This document shows, one piece after another, positions 1 to 8,737 of a DNA stretch of 30,940 bases (its first letter is position 1; each line of letters opens with the position of its first letter). The DNA is taken from assembly GCA_028719205.1 (NCBI GenBank), contig JAQUKH010000030.1, positions 1 through 30,940 on the forward strand. The letters run 5' to 3'. The notes under the pieces are model-generated. The model was not told where the DNA came from and did not search any database. It saw only the letters and a program-made list of their open reading frames with translations. The position numbers and the translations under genes were made by a program. The DNA comes from a bacterium (GTDB lineage: Bacteria; JACRDZ01; JAQUKH01).

Positions 1-475
1 TGATTAATTTCCCGGACAGTACATCTTTGTCCCAAACTTTATCATAAGGGATCTGGGCATAGGTTAAAGCTAATGTAACCGCGTCGTCCCATGGCAATTT
101 TTCCGGCGGGGTATAGACCGCGATCAATGGCGCTTTTTCCAGTAAAACCCGTTCCATATTATTGTTCTCGATCTCCTGATATAAATTCGGGATACTTGAT
201 TCCGGTATGATTTCATATGAGACACCCCTTATCGCTGCTTCCTGGCGCAGGGGAGATGAATCATTCATTAAAAATGAACCGCCGCGGTAGTTTAACAGCC
301 ATTCAATTTTTTCACCTTGCTGAAGCACCCAGTAAGCCAACCCATAAGCTTTAAGATGATTATTCTGGCTTGAGTCCATATAGATAAAAAACCGGTTTTG
401 AGCGGACTCGTCCGCCGTGGCGGAAGAGACGGAAGAAAAAAAGAAAAATAATATAACAAAAATTAATTTCTTCAT
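1..475 (-). CDS. hypothetical secreted protein, N-terminal part (3' end of gene lies beyond window start)
   Basis: ATG at 475..473 (minus strand). Reverse translation gives MKKLIFVILFFFFSSVSSATADESAQNRFF..., a hydrophobic signal peptide. The frame is open to the window edge. It starts 5 nt after the stop of the upstream DnaI-like gene, suggesting an operon. No family recognised with confidence. Confidence 0.45.
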   Translation of the reverse strand, partial: MKKLIFVILFFFFSSVSSATADESAQNRFFIYMDSSQNNHLKAYGLAYWVLQQGEKIEWLLNYRGGSFLMNDSSPLRQEAAIRGVSYEIIPESSIPNLYQEIENNNMERVLLEKAPLIAVYTPPEKLPWDDAVTLALTYAQIPYDKVWDKDVLSGKLI

Positions 476-480
476 TTAAA

Positions 481-1251
481 TTATTTCTGATTTTTACGTT
501 TTTCTTCTTTTTGTTTTTCCATGGACATTATAGAAGAATGTTTCATTTCTTTGCGAAAATCCTTAGCGTTTATTTCAACTACATGGCACATTTCATAAAG
601 ACGGGACCGGAGACGGGTGCCTATACGGTTTTCCAGTGTTTCATCGGTTTTAACCGCCGGTTCATCGAGGTAATTAGATGTAAAAATGGTGATTTTCTTA
701 TCGTTATATCTTTGATTGATAATATAGGATAAGGTGTCCTGAACCCAGTTTGTGATCTTACTCGCGCCTAATTCATCCAGAACAATTACCTCTTTTTGGA
801 AAATAGGCTTTAAAACCTCTAATTCCGACGTCTGGGCTTGCGCATTATAGGAGTTTTGGATCTCCTTTAAAAGGTCGCGGAAATCGTAGAACGCGCAGGG
901 GATACACTTTTGTTTTATGAGTTCTTTGATAATTGCCACGGCAAGATGTGTTTTTCCCGCTCCAGGCTGGCCGATAAATATAAGCCCCGCTTGTACGACC
1001 GGGTATTCCCTGACAAAATCGGAGGCGATCTTTTTAGCCTGCCCCAGAGACGATGTAAGTTCATAAAAGCTCTCAAAATCGCAGTGTTGGTACCGTTTAG
1101 GAATACGTGATTCTATTAAAAGCCGTTCACTTATCCGGGAATAAAAACAGCTGCAGCGTTTTACCGCTTCAACATCATCTTCCTTAACAACTTCCCAGCC
1201 GGCACCATTGCATTTTGGGCAAATTTCTGGTTTTTCTATCTTTTTTTTCAT
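481..1251 (-). CDS. DnaI/DnaC-like helicase loader (IstB-type AAA+ ATPase with N-terminal zinc ribbon)
   Basis: 256 aa. N-terminal CPKCNGAGW...CSC zinc-ribbon. Walker A GQPGAGKTHLAVAI, Walker B VLVLDELG and the sensor region FTSN are typical of the DnaC/IstB/DnaI family. The zinc-binding N-domain plus AAA+ layout matches DnaI-type loaders. Confidence 0.65.
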   Translation of the reverse strand: MKKKIEKPEICPKCNGAGWEVVKEDDVEAVKRCSCFYSRISERLLIESRIPKRYQHCDFESFYELTSSLGQAKKIASDFVREYPVVQAGLIFIGQPGAGKTHLAVAIIKELIKQKCIPCAFYDFRDLLKEIQNSYNAQAQTSELEVLKPIFQKEVIVLDELGASKITNWVQDTLSYIINQRYNDKKITIFTSNYLDEPAVKTDETLENRIGTRLRSRLYEMCHVVEINAKDFRKEMKHSSIMSMEKQKEEKRKNQK

Positions 1252-1287
1252 TTAGATTCCCTTCTTAAATACGAACTTCCCTTGATC

Positions 1288-1378
1288 CCCTCTTTAAAAA
1301 AAGAGGGGAAAATAACAAAAAACTTTTATCTGGCTTTTTTTACTCCTCCTCTTTTTTTAAAGAGGAGGTTGGGAGGAG
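1288..1378. terminator. two adjacent GC-containing palindromes between convergently read minus-strand genes (cccctcttt-a7-agagggg and cctcctcttt-t4-aaagaggagg)
   Basis: Perfect 9-10 bp inverted repeats at 1288-1310 and 1349-1372. They lie in the 150 bp gap between the DnaD-like and DnaI-like genes. A- or T-runs in the loops and flanks make intrinsic terminator or attenuator function plausible on either strand. Confidence 0.35.
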
Positions 1379-1400
1379 TTCATATCCGTTGAATTTACAT

Positions 1401-2054
1401 TTAATCGTAAAGCCCTATATTTGTCAAGCTGAATTTCTTTAAGACCTCTTTCTGCAAAAGCTGTTCCTTGGTTTCTTCAAAAGTTTTCCGGGGCATTCTT
1501 TTTTTATAAGGTAAAAGATCGCTTTCAATTTTATCTTCTATCTCCGCGTTTTCTTTGGGACCAAGGCATTTTATTAGATATTGCACGATCTCATTTTGAT
1601 TTTGATTAAACTTCTGTTCAGCGTCAAGGAAAGTGAGTGCTTGTCTGTCTTTAAGCAATAAATTATTCATATTCTCAAATAAAGATAATATATGTTCATA
1701 AATAAGTTTATTTTTACCTTTTTCAGTTCTTTCAGCGAGCATTTTAATGATCCCGCTGATCCTGTCCAGTATAAAAGCAGGCGCGTCTTTCGGGTCTTCT
1801 TTCCGGGCTGATCCGATCATATTTTCCTTGTAAAGTTCCCACGCTGAAAGAATTTCGGATTCGCAGTAACTGATGGAATTTATTCTTTTAGGATTGGGAT
1901 TATTAGCGAAGGTAGTGTCGATCCCCTGCAATATCAAAGCCAAAGGTATCCCTTCAGTAAACCATTTTTTTATTAAAAGCCAGTCTTTCGGCGAAAGAAT
2001 AAGGCTTTTCCCTTTTTTTTTGCAAAAATAATTTTCAACGTCTTCTAAGTACAT
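1401..2054 (-). CDS. DnaD-domain (DnaB_2 / DDBH2-like) replication protein
   Basis: 217 aa. The N-terminal LSPKDWLLIKKWFTEGIPLALILQGID...YCESEILSAW resembles the DnaD C-terminal domain (Y-x4-I-x3-W, a variant of YxxxIxxxW). It lies directly upstream of a DnaI-like loader, as in Firmicute-type dnaD/dnaB-dnaI modules. Confidence 0.45.
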   Translation of the reverse strand: MYLEDVENYFCKKKGKSLILSPKDWLLIKKWFTEGIPLALILQGIDTTFANNPNPKRINSISYCESEILSAWELYKENMIGSARKEDPKDAPAFILDRISGIIKMLAERTEKGKNKLIYEHILSLFENMNNLLLKDRQALTFLDAEQKFNQNQNEIVQYLIKCLGPKENAEIEDKIESDLLPYKKRMPRKTFEETKEQLLQKEVLKKFSLTNIGLYD

Positions 2055-2057
2055 GAT

Positions 2058-4127
2058 TTATGGTTTCAGTTCTTCTATTTTTTTCCTGATGATCTCAATA
2101 ACCGGATTTTCAGGGAAATCTGTTAATAATTTGATATATTCGGCGCGCGCTTTAGCATTGTCTTTAAAATTTGTTTCATAAATGGACGCCAGTTGTTTGG
2201 CTGCTTCCTGCCTGTAAAAAAAAGAATTTATTTTTTTAATATTCTCATAAATTTTCAGCGCCTCAGGCCATTTGTGCTCTAAAGAATAGATCTCGCCCAA
2301 TTCCATTAAAAAATATATCATAAGTTTTGAGCCGGGATTCCTGCTTATAAAATCATTCGCGTTATTTTCCGCCTCAGGCAATTTGTAATAATTTTTTTCA
2401 CGGATTATATTGGTTAGCGCCTTTAACTCAATTTCATTTTCCTTATTTTTATTCAAAAGGACCAGCCTGAGCAAAGTTTGATTTGCCTGCGGTTCTCCGG
2501 GAAACCGTTTGGCAAAATCTTCAAAAGAGCCCTTAGCTTTTTTAAAATCATCTTCTAAAAAGCAGATCTCCGCAAGATAAAAATTCGCGGGAGAAGAGAA
2601 GACCCCGAACATTTTGTTGTTTACAATGGTTGTAAATTGATTTTTTGCTTCTGTAAAATTGCCCAGAAGGAATTCAACTTCAGCCGACCGGAAAAAAGCT
2701 TTATTTTTAGTTTCGTTTTGTTCAGGCTTATTTTTAAAGTAATTTAATGTTTCTTTTGCCGAAGACAAGTTATGTGTTTCAAAAAGAATTTCGCCTTTTA
2801 AGGCATAGGCTTGAGAAAAATAAGGTTCCGGCATATTTTCATTAATGATCTCGTTTAGAATATTCAGACTCGAATCATAACTCCCAAGATCGTAAAAGGA
2901 CAGGGCGACTTGATAATTTGCCAATGGCCCGAAAGGGGAGGTATCTTTTATTTTAGTAAAGGTTGTTATTGCCTCTTTATAAAATTTTTTGTTAATAAGT
3001 TTTTCTCCAAGTTGAACCAGAACAATCTCTTTGTTTTTCCTGAGTTCACCTGCTTTTTCAAAACAGGGGATACTCTGATCGGGCCGGTTTGTTTCAAGAT
3101 AGATCTCGCCGAGAAGCTGATATGATTCAGCGGACTCCGGTTTTCTTGAAATTTCCGATTTTGCTTTTTCGATCAACAGCCCGGGATCATTTGAGCCTTT
3201 GATAACCTCATACAGTTCTGAAATTACGAACGGGAAATCCTGCGGGGAATAATTTAAAAGGTTAAGCAGTTCTTCAAAAGCTAAGCCTGTTTGCGCCTGT
3301 AAAAGATAAATTTCAAATATCTCCCGGTGATAAACTAATGGATTATTAAATCTCTTCCTTGCATCCAGGTAGCAATTTAGCGCTTCATCGGTCAGGCCTT
3401 TTTTGTTAAATATGGACACCGTGAACTGCAGGGTTTGGCCGTTAGGATCCTGAATAAAAATATTTTTCCAGATCGATATTGCCTCTTTTTTTCTGTCAGA
3501 TCCAAAATAGAGATCTCCCAGGGTTTCAAAATAGAAAAGATCTTTATTCGGATTTTTCTCCCAGATAGAAATAGCCTGAGAATATTTTTTTTGCCAGAGA
3601 TAAAAATTTACGAGGATCCGGCGGATATGATCTTTTCCGGGAAACCGGTTTAATTCATTCTCAAGACTTTTAATTTTTTCTTCCAGGATATTTGTTTTTT
3701 CATAAACCCGGAAAAGGTGCTCCTGCAGGTCAGGATTAAACGGGTCTTTTTCTGCCATTTCCTCAAGGATCCCAATTTGTTTTTTTGGATCATTATTTAT
3801 TTGATACAATTCAGCCAGCCTTCCGCGGATCGTGTTTATTTCAGGTACCGCGGGATAATTTTTTACTAACATCTCATATTCTTTTGCCGCTTCCTCAAAA
3901 TTTCCAAGTTTGTCATAACTCTCAGCTATCCCTTTCTGGCAGGTGATTTTTTCATTTTCATCCAGAGTGGTCAACAATATTTCTTTATATGTTGTTATAG
4001 CGGATTCATATTGTTTTTTATTGAAAAAACTATTGGCCTGGAATAATTTGTAGGTTTTAATATTAGGCATGGCCCGGGATGCTGTGATAAAAGTTAATAA
4101 AAGGATGAGAATGGAAAATTTCTTCAT
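2058..4127 (-). CDS. secreted tetratricopeptide-repeat (TPR) protein
   Basis: 689 aa. Signal peptide MKKFSILILLLTFITASRA. Many 34-aa repeats with the W/LG/Y...A...F...A...P pattern throughout (AISIWKNIFIQDPNG, YQLLGEIYLETNRPDQSIPCFEKA, etc.). Confidence 0.75.
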   Translation of the reverse strand: MKKFSILILLLTFITASRAMPNIKTYKLFQANSFFNKKQYESAITTYKEILLTTLDENEKITCQKGIAESYDKLGNFEEAAKEYEMLVKNYPAVPEINTIRGRLAELYQINNDPKKQIGILEEMAEKDPFNPDLQEHLFRVYEKTNILEEKIKSLENELNRFPGKDHIRRILVNFYLWQKKYSQAISIWEKNPNKDLFYFETLGDLYFGSDRKKEAISIWKNIFIQDPNGQTLQFTVSIFNKKGLTDEALNCYLDARKRFNNPLVYHREIFEIYLLQAQTGLAFEELLNLLNYSPQDFPFVISELYEVIKGSNDPGLLIEKAKSEISRKPESAESYQLLGEIYLETNRPDQSIPCFEKAGELRKNKEIVLVQLGEKLINKKFYKEAITTFTKIKDTSPFGPLANYQVALSFYDLGSYDSSLNILNEIINENMPEPYFSQAYALKGEILFETHNLSSAKETLNYFKNKPEQNETKNKAFFRSAEVEFLLGNFTEAKNQFTTIVNNKMFGVFSSPANFYLAEICFLEDDFKKAKGSFEDFAKRFPGEPQANQTLLRLVLLNKNKENEIELKALTNIIREKNYYKLPEAENNANDFISRNPGSKLMIYFLMELGEIYSLEHKWPEALKIYENIKKINSFFYRQEAAKQLASIYETNFKDNAKARAEYIKLLTDFPENPVIEIIRKKIEELKP

Positions 4128-4217
4128 AAAATAGGTTTCTTTCTATTGGAAATCTATCATAGTATGGTTTGAATTGTCAATAGAATACAAATATACAAGA
4201 TGCTTTTGTATGTCAGA

Positions 4218-4246
4218 ACAAAAAAAGCATACCTTGAGGATATGCC
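4218..4246 (-). terminator. intrinsic terminator hairpin (bidirectional) downstream of the 4280..4834 gene
   Basis: The hairpin gcataccttgaggatatgc (4227-4245) is flanked by an A7 run on the plus strand, which is a T7 run on the minus strand. It sits 35 nt after the stop of the minus-strand gene. Confidence 0.5.
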
Positions 4247-4279
4247 TTTTTGTGTTTATTTAAATTAACCTTTACTAAA

Positions 4280-4834
4280 TTAAAACAACAATGAAACATT
4301 TATTCCAGCAGCGAATCCATCAAGTTTTCCTACAGGATCTGTTACTAATACCGCTGCATTAGCTATTTTGAGAAAACGATACATAACATCTATTGAAAGT
4401 TCTACTGTAGAATATTTCCCTAAAGTACTCATTGGTGTAATTTTTACTCCAACGTCAACAATCGAGGCGCCATCGGCAATACCGCCGGAAAGATTAGCCC
4501 ATCCGGAACCTAATACTACACTAACAGGCCCTGCTATTTCCTTTTGAATCCTCAATTCCTCAATATCTAAATTTACGTTACAAACCGCAGCTACTTCTTT
4601 TCCATTTAAGCGGCTGGTTTCATGATAAATTACAACCTCTGTTCCCTGATCAATAGGGAGGACTAAAGAAAAATTGCTTCCCTGACCGGTAAACCTTTTA
4701 TCAGACGGTTTAATAAAATTAACCCCGGACGAAAAACCAATAATTTTATCCGCGGCTTGCGATATTGAAGATATCCCCAACAACAGCATTACCGCGAAAA
4801 AAAGAACTGAATAGCTTTTAAAATATTTTACCAT
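4280..4834 (-). CDS. secreted hypothetical protein (possible beta-rich outer-surface protein)
   Basis: 184 aa. Signal peptide MVKYFKSYSVLFFAVMLLLGISSISQA. The alternating hydrophobic pattern and C-terminal ...VSLLF are compatible with a small beta-barrel or surface protein. Confidence 0.5.
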   Translation of the reverse strand: MVKYFKSYSVLFFAVMLLLGISSISQAADKIIGFSSGVNFIKPSDKRFTGQGSNFSLVLPIDQGTEVVIYHETSRLNGKEVAAVCNVNLDIEELRIQKEIAGPVSVVLGSGWANLSGGIADGASIVDVGVKITPMSTLGKYSTVELSIDVMYRFLKIANAAVLVTDPVGKLDGFAAGINVSLLF

Positions 4835-4910
4835 TTATATCTCCTGTTTTAAGGTTATGCTGAATTCATTGCTTCAAAAATTTTATATTTTCACCTCCTT
4901 TTCTTTTCTA

Positions 4911-5471
4911 TTATGGTACATAACTCAAAACTCCGCCTAACCAACTAGTTCCGGAAATATTACTTGTAGTATCTATTGATGATTTAAGAAAGCTATTTGT
5001 AGTATTGAATCCTATATAAGTATTTGTCTGAGCAGTCAGTGCTTTAAAAGTAACAGTAGCTAACAGTCCATCTCCTGTCACTCCCGAGAGATGGCCGGAT
5101 CTGAATGTTCCGAGAAGTAATGTTCCCTGTTGTCCGTTATACAGAGCAGCTTTATTTTCGGCGCCAGTTCCAAGATAGGTTCCTACTTGTGAAGTAGAAT
5201 AAGCTATCAGGTTTGGGTTATAGGTTATCTCTAAAGCACCTCCATAAACATCAGTTCCTCCTTTTACCTTAATATTCAGAGTGATTGTATTATTGCTGCT
5301 TGTTGTTCCATCAAGATAAACTGTGTTGCCGGTAGGAGTGCCGGAAGGACTGAAAGTTGTTTGAGCTGAGGGGGCGGTCCCTCCACCTCCGCTTCCGCCG
5401 CATTTACAACCATTAAAATGCATTAAGCAAAGAAAAATTATTATAAGAGAGAATCCCTTTATTCTTTTCAT
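4911..5471 (-). CDS. cohesin-like lipoprotein
   Basis: Start is taken at the second ATG (5471), which has an AAGGAGA Shine-Dalgarno 8 nt upstream. The 5495 start would overlap the upstream gene. Lipobox LMHFNGC followed by a Gly-rich linker CGGSGGGG. The body (TITLNIKVKGGTDVYGGALEITYNPNLIAYS...GDGLLATVTFKAL) matches the cohesin domain pattern (..v.v.l.n...i.g..f.l.YdpnvL....G.l......dG.latvtFkal). Confidence 0.55.
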   Translation of the reverse strand: MKRIKGFSLIIIFLCLMHFNGCKCGGSGGGGTAPSAQTTFSPSGTPTGNTVYLDGTTSSNNTITLNIKVKGGTDVYGGALEITYNPNLIAYSTSQVGTYLGTGAENKAALYNGQQGTLLLGTFRSGHLSGVTGDGLLATVTFKALTAQTNTYIGFNTTNSFLKSSIDTTSNISGTSWLGGVLSYVP

Positions 5472-5484
5472 TTTTTTGGTCTCC

Positions 5485-8139
5485 TTATTTTCCAAAATTA
5501 GCCGCCATTGGTATTAAATCATTTCCATCAATTATTGAATTACCATCTAAATCCGCGAGAGCATTCCAGTTTGTATCTGTTGTGTCTGAACCGAATGCTC
5601 TTTTCAGAATGTATAAATCATGTCCATCTACCCGAGTAATTGAACCTGGAGAAAGAGTATCAATATTTCCCAGAAAGATTTTATCAAATGTTTGGGTTGG
5701 TTTAACACCAATACTATAAACACCTGTTCCTTTATTATTCCCATGTGAAACAGTCAAATAACATCTTTTACTTGATAAGGCGTGCCATATTATATTTGAC
5801 CCCCCGCCCTGGTTACCTGTTTTATCCTGCCCTAATACTGTGGCAGAGTCACTATCATACAGTTTAATAAGGGTTATCATGTCTTCAGGATATAACTTGG
5901 AAGTGTAGAAAGTATAACTATTCCCTCCTGTCGCGTCAAAATAAAAATAATCAACATCCCCGTCTGTTTCAAGCTTTCCATTGACTATCGTACTATCTAA
6001 AAGCCTTGTAGCGCCCGCAAAAGTACTGCCATAATCATCAGATATAACACCAGAAGTTTTCAGGGAAGCATTTGCAGAAAGGTTAAAATTTTCTGTTATT
6101 TTTACTTCAGGAATCGAAGATCCTGCTTTAATGGAAGTCCCATGTGGAGTCTCCACAGAAGTACCAGATGGATTAGAAACTTTAGCATTGAATGTGTAGT
6201 CACCATTTATATAATTGGCAATTATTCCCGTATATTTTCCGTCACCGGCTATGTAATCAGGACTTAAACCATCATCTTTTAAACCAATAGCTGATGTAGT
6301 AACAGCTCCTGTTGTATCTGTAACGGTAACAGTTGCCTCCACAGTAGCGCCCTTAATATTTAATCTTCTATAGGGAGTTGCTGTTATTAATATTGGCTCA
6401 GGATATTTTCCTCCATTTGCCTCCAGGTCCAATGAATAATCCGCATCTGTTTTAGCTTCTAATATAACCTCGATATTTGTAGTATCCGCGGATGATAACG
6501 AAAGTTCCATTTGCCATTCGCCTGAAGCTGGATCGGTTACTTCGTATATTATATAACCGGGTTCTTTAATATAATTAATATTTGAAAAAGCGCTCACGGT
6601 TGTAGAATCAACTAAAGCATTATTAGGCATTATCAGGCTTAATCCCATCTTTTGTGTATTTGGGAAAGCAGCACTAAATATTGCTTTTTTAGAGGAGGGG
6701 TCTACGATAACACTTGTGGTTTTAGATGGTTTTGAAAGATTTAGATTGTCTTTAACCCAAGCCGTAAGTTTATCATCAGAGGTCATGCTTTGAATATCAG
6801 AATAGATGGCATTAAGTGTGGCGGCTGATGACGCAAAATAGGATTTACCTCTCGTTCCCGTTGAGACAGCGCCTAATGTAGCCATATCTGCGTTTGCGCC
6901 TAATCCTATAGAGTAAACAGGGTATCCGGCACTTTGCAAATCAGTTAGAACCGCTCCTGTCGGTGATTCTCCGCTATTATGCAAGCCATCTGTCAGCAAA
7001 ACAATATACTTAAACGTTCCTTTGCGCGTACTGGCGTTTAAAATATTTAAACCGCTGCGTAATGCGGCTCCAATAGCTGTATTATTACCGGGAGCAATCG
7101 TGTCGATACTTGCTTTAAATCCGGCTTTTGTGGTTGAATCCAGCAGTGCAAGCGAAGCCAAAGTAGATACTACGTCATCATAAATCACTACAGCGGCGTA
7201 ATCTGTTTCTTTAAGCTTATCAAGATATGATTTCGCGCCGGATTTGGCATCCTGCATTTTAGTACTGGTATTAACACTGGTACTCTCGGCCATACTTCCT
7301 GAATGATCGATAATGATGACGGCCTCTGATCCTCCCATATATATTATTTCCACATCCGGAGCGCCGGCAGGTTGTGTCAGGACAGTCGGGTTTGCAAGCG
7401 CGTTGAGGTCAGGGAATTCATATCTTGGCAGTTGAGATGTCAGCCTTGGATTAAAAAGATCCCAAATCGGGTCTCGAACTAATGTCGCCCAGCATGAGGA
7501 TTCATTCATTCTCCATTGAGCGGTATTCTGGGTAGTACTGCTATAATCTGAATCAAGGCTGAACTGCTGATTAGTCCTGTGATCAGCCATTAAGGTTATT
7601 TTCCTGTTATCTGTGGAATGAGGCATATAGTCGATACTGTCATATGTTGTGGAAGTCGGTTTATATTCATCATAAAGGCCATAGGCGTAATGCCCTAATT
7701 CATGGGCCATCGCATGGCCTACTTCATTAAGATCATTGAGATTATCATCTACCCATATTCTTCCGGCATTATGGGTAAAACCATTGGGGGTAGCATTTGC
7801 TAAATCTCCATTGTTTTCAAATTGAATATCTGCCTTACCCCATTCACGTTCTTTATTAGTAATAGGATCAGGAGTATATACATAGAGAGTTTTTAAGAAA
7901 TGTTTGCCTTCTGTCATTTTATAAACATCGCTGGCAAAGAGTTTAAAAACAGTATCTAAGTGTGTTGTGTCAGTAGCGGTAGGTTTCCATTTCAGAGAGA
8001 TAACAAGATTAAAGGCTCCGGAGGAATCCCATTTTGTAAGGGAACTGCTGCCTGCGTATACAGTAGAGTAATTTAAAAATAGAATGAAAGCTATTAATAT
8101 ACCAAAAAAAATTCTATTTAGAATATATTTCATTTTCAT
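5485..8139 (-). CDS. secreted CLCA-like zincin metalloprotease with VWA domain and C-terminal dockerin
   Basis: 884 aa. Signal peptide. HAMAHELGHYAYGLYDEY fits the CLCA-type motif HExxHxxxGxxDE (codons at 7690-7704). MIDAS DHSGSM plus ...LLTDGLHNSG indicates a VWA domain (about 7294-7308). The C-terminus carries two dockerin-type Ca-binding repeats (VDGHDLYILKRAFG and DLDGNSIIDGNDLIPMAANFG) at about 5488-5680. Confidence 0.7.
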   Translation of the reverse strand: MKMKYILNRIFFGILIAFILFLNYSTVYAGSSSLTKWDSSGAFNLVISLKWKPTATDTTHLDTVFKLFASDVYKMTEGKHFLKTLYVYTPDPITNKEREWGKADIQFENNGDLANATPNGFTHNAGRIWVDDNLNDLNEVGHAMAHELGHYAYGLYDEYKPTSTTYDSIDYMPHSTDNRKITLMADHRTNQQFSLDSDYSSTTQNTAQWRMNESSCWATLVRDPIWDLFNPRLTSQLPRYEFPDLNALANPTVLTQPAGAPDVEIIYMGGSEAVIIIDHSGSMAESTSVNTSTKMQDAKSGAKSYLDKLKETDYAAVVIYDDVVSTLASLALLDSTTKAGFKASIDTIAPGNNTAIGAALRSGLNILNASTRKGTFKYIVLLTDGLHNSGESPTGAVLTDLQSAGYPVYSIGLGANADMATLGAVSTGTRGKSYFASSAATLNAIYSDIQSMTSDDKLTAWVKDNLNLSKPSKTTSVIVDPSSKKAIFSAAFPNTQKMGLSLIMPNNALVDSTTVSAFSNINYIKEPGYIIYEVTDPASGEWQMELSLSSADTTNIEVILEAKTDADYSLDLEANGGKYPEPILITATPYRRLNIKGATVEATVTVTDTTGAVTTSAIGLKDDGLSPDYIAGDGKYTGIIANYINGDYTFNAKVSNPSGTSVETPHGTSIKAGSSIPEVKITENFNLSANASLKTSGVISDDYGSTFAGATRLLDSTIVNGKLETDGDVDYFYFDATGGNSYTFYTSKLYPEDMITLIKLYDSDSATVLGQDKTGNQGGGSNIIWHALSSKRCYLTVSHGNNKGTGVYSIGVKPTQTFDKIFLGNIDTLSPGSITRVDGHDLYILKRAFGSDTTDTNWNALADLDGNSIIDGNDLIPMAANFGK

Positions 8140-8162
8140 ACCTCCTTTTAAATTATCTCACA

Positions 8163-8621
8163 TCATAATTTTTTAATAGTAACATCTATTTTTCTCACTG
8201 AATGAGATTCTTTATGTTCTTCCTTTCTGGGTTTACATTCAAATATATCCCCCTTGCTGAAAGGCGGAGCTTTAGCAACGGATTCATTGATTATCCACGA
8301 TGATAATTTTTTGATATAAAAAATATCATCTACACCTTCTACTTTTATGTAAATTTTCCCTTCCTGTATTTTTGTGATAACTCCTTCGCATCTTCTTTCT
8401 GTTTTTGTATCGGGGCCAAACTCAGGATCTTCTTCAATGGTTTCGTAGGTTTCAATACAAATTACGCTGTCGCCGATAACTAGATCTTCATTAGCCTGAT
8501 TTTTTTCAATACTGCTGTCGGCCGCTTTTTCATCACAAGATACTTTCATATTCAAAAAAACTATTCCTGTTATGAACAAAACGGCAAATAAAATAAAAAA
8601 TTTCTTATAAAAATGACACAT
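8163..8621 (-). CDS. small membrane-anchored/secreted hypothetical protein
   Basis: 152 aa. N-terminal hydrophobic segment FFILFAVLFITGIVFL, then a charged acidic domain. A possible promoter TTGACT-N16-TAGAAT lies just upstream on the minus strand (about 8640-8670). Confidence 0.5.
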   Translation of the reverse strand: MCHFYKKFFILFAVLFITGIVFLNMKVSCDEKAADSSIEKNQANEDLVIGDSVICIETYETIEEDPEFGPDTKTERRCEGVITKIQEGKIYIKVEGVDDIFYIKKLSSWIINESVAKAPPFSKGDIFECKPRKEEHKESHSVRKIDVTIKKL

Positions 8622-8691
8622 TATAAAACTATTCTAACATTGATATGTATGAAGTCAATATAAAATTTTGGGATACAAATATAGTACAAAT

Positions 8692-8723
8692 AAAAAGGGG
8701 AGGCAGGTCGCCTCCCCTTTTTT
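8692..8723 (-). terminator. rho-independent terminator (bidirectional: A5-ggggaggc-aggtc-gcctcccc-T6)
   Basis: Perfect 8-bp GC stem with a 5-nt loop and U-runs on both strands. It begins 11 nt after the stop of the 8738..9940 lipoprotein gene. Confidence 0.8.
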
Positions 8724-8737
8724 ACGATGGAATTAAA

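Noticed and set aside
481-1251. IstB (IS21 helper ATPase) / insertion sequence
   Set aside because: There is no IstA transposase or terminal inverted repeats nearby. The N-terminal zinc ribbon and a DnaD-like neighbour fit a DnaI/DnaC-type replication loader better.
5472-5495. Longer start of the cohesin-like lipoprotein (MENKETKKMKRIK...)
   Set aside because: The ATG at 5471 is preceded by AAGGAGA at ideal spacing. The upstream start would overlap the 884-aa gene by 11 nt.
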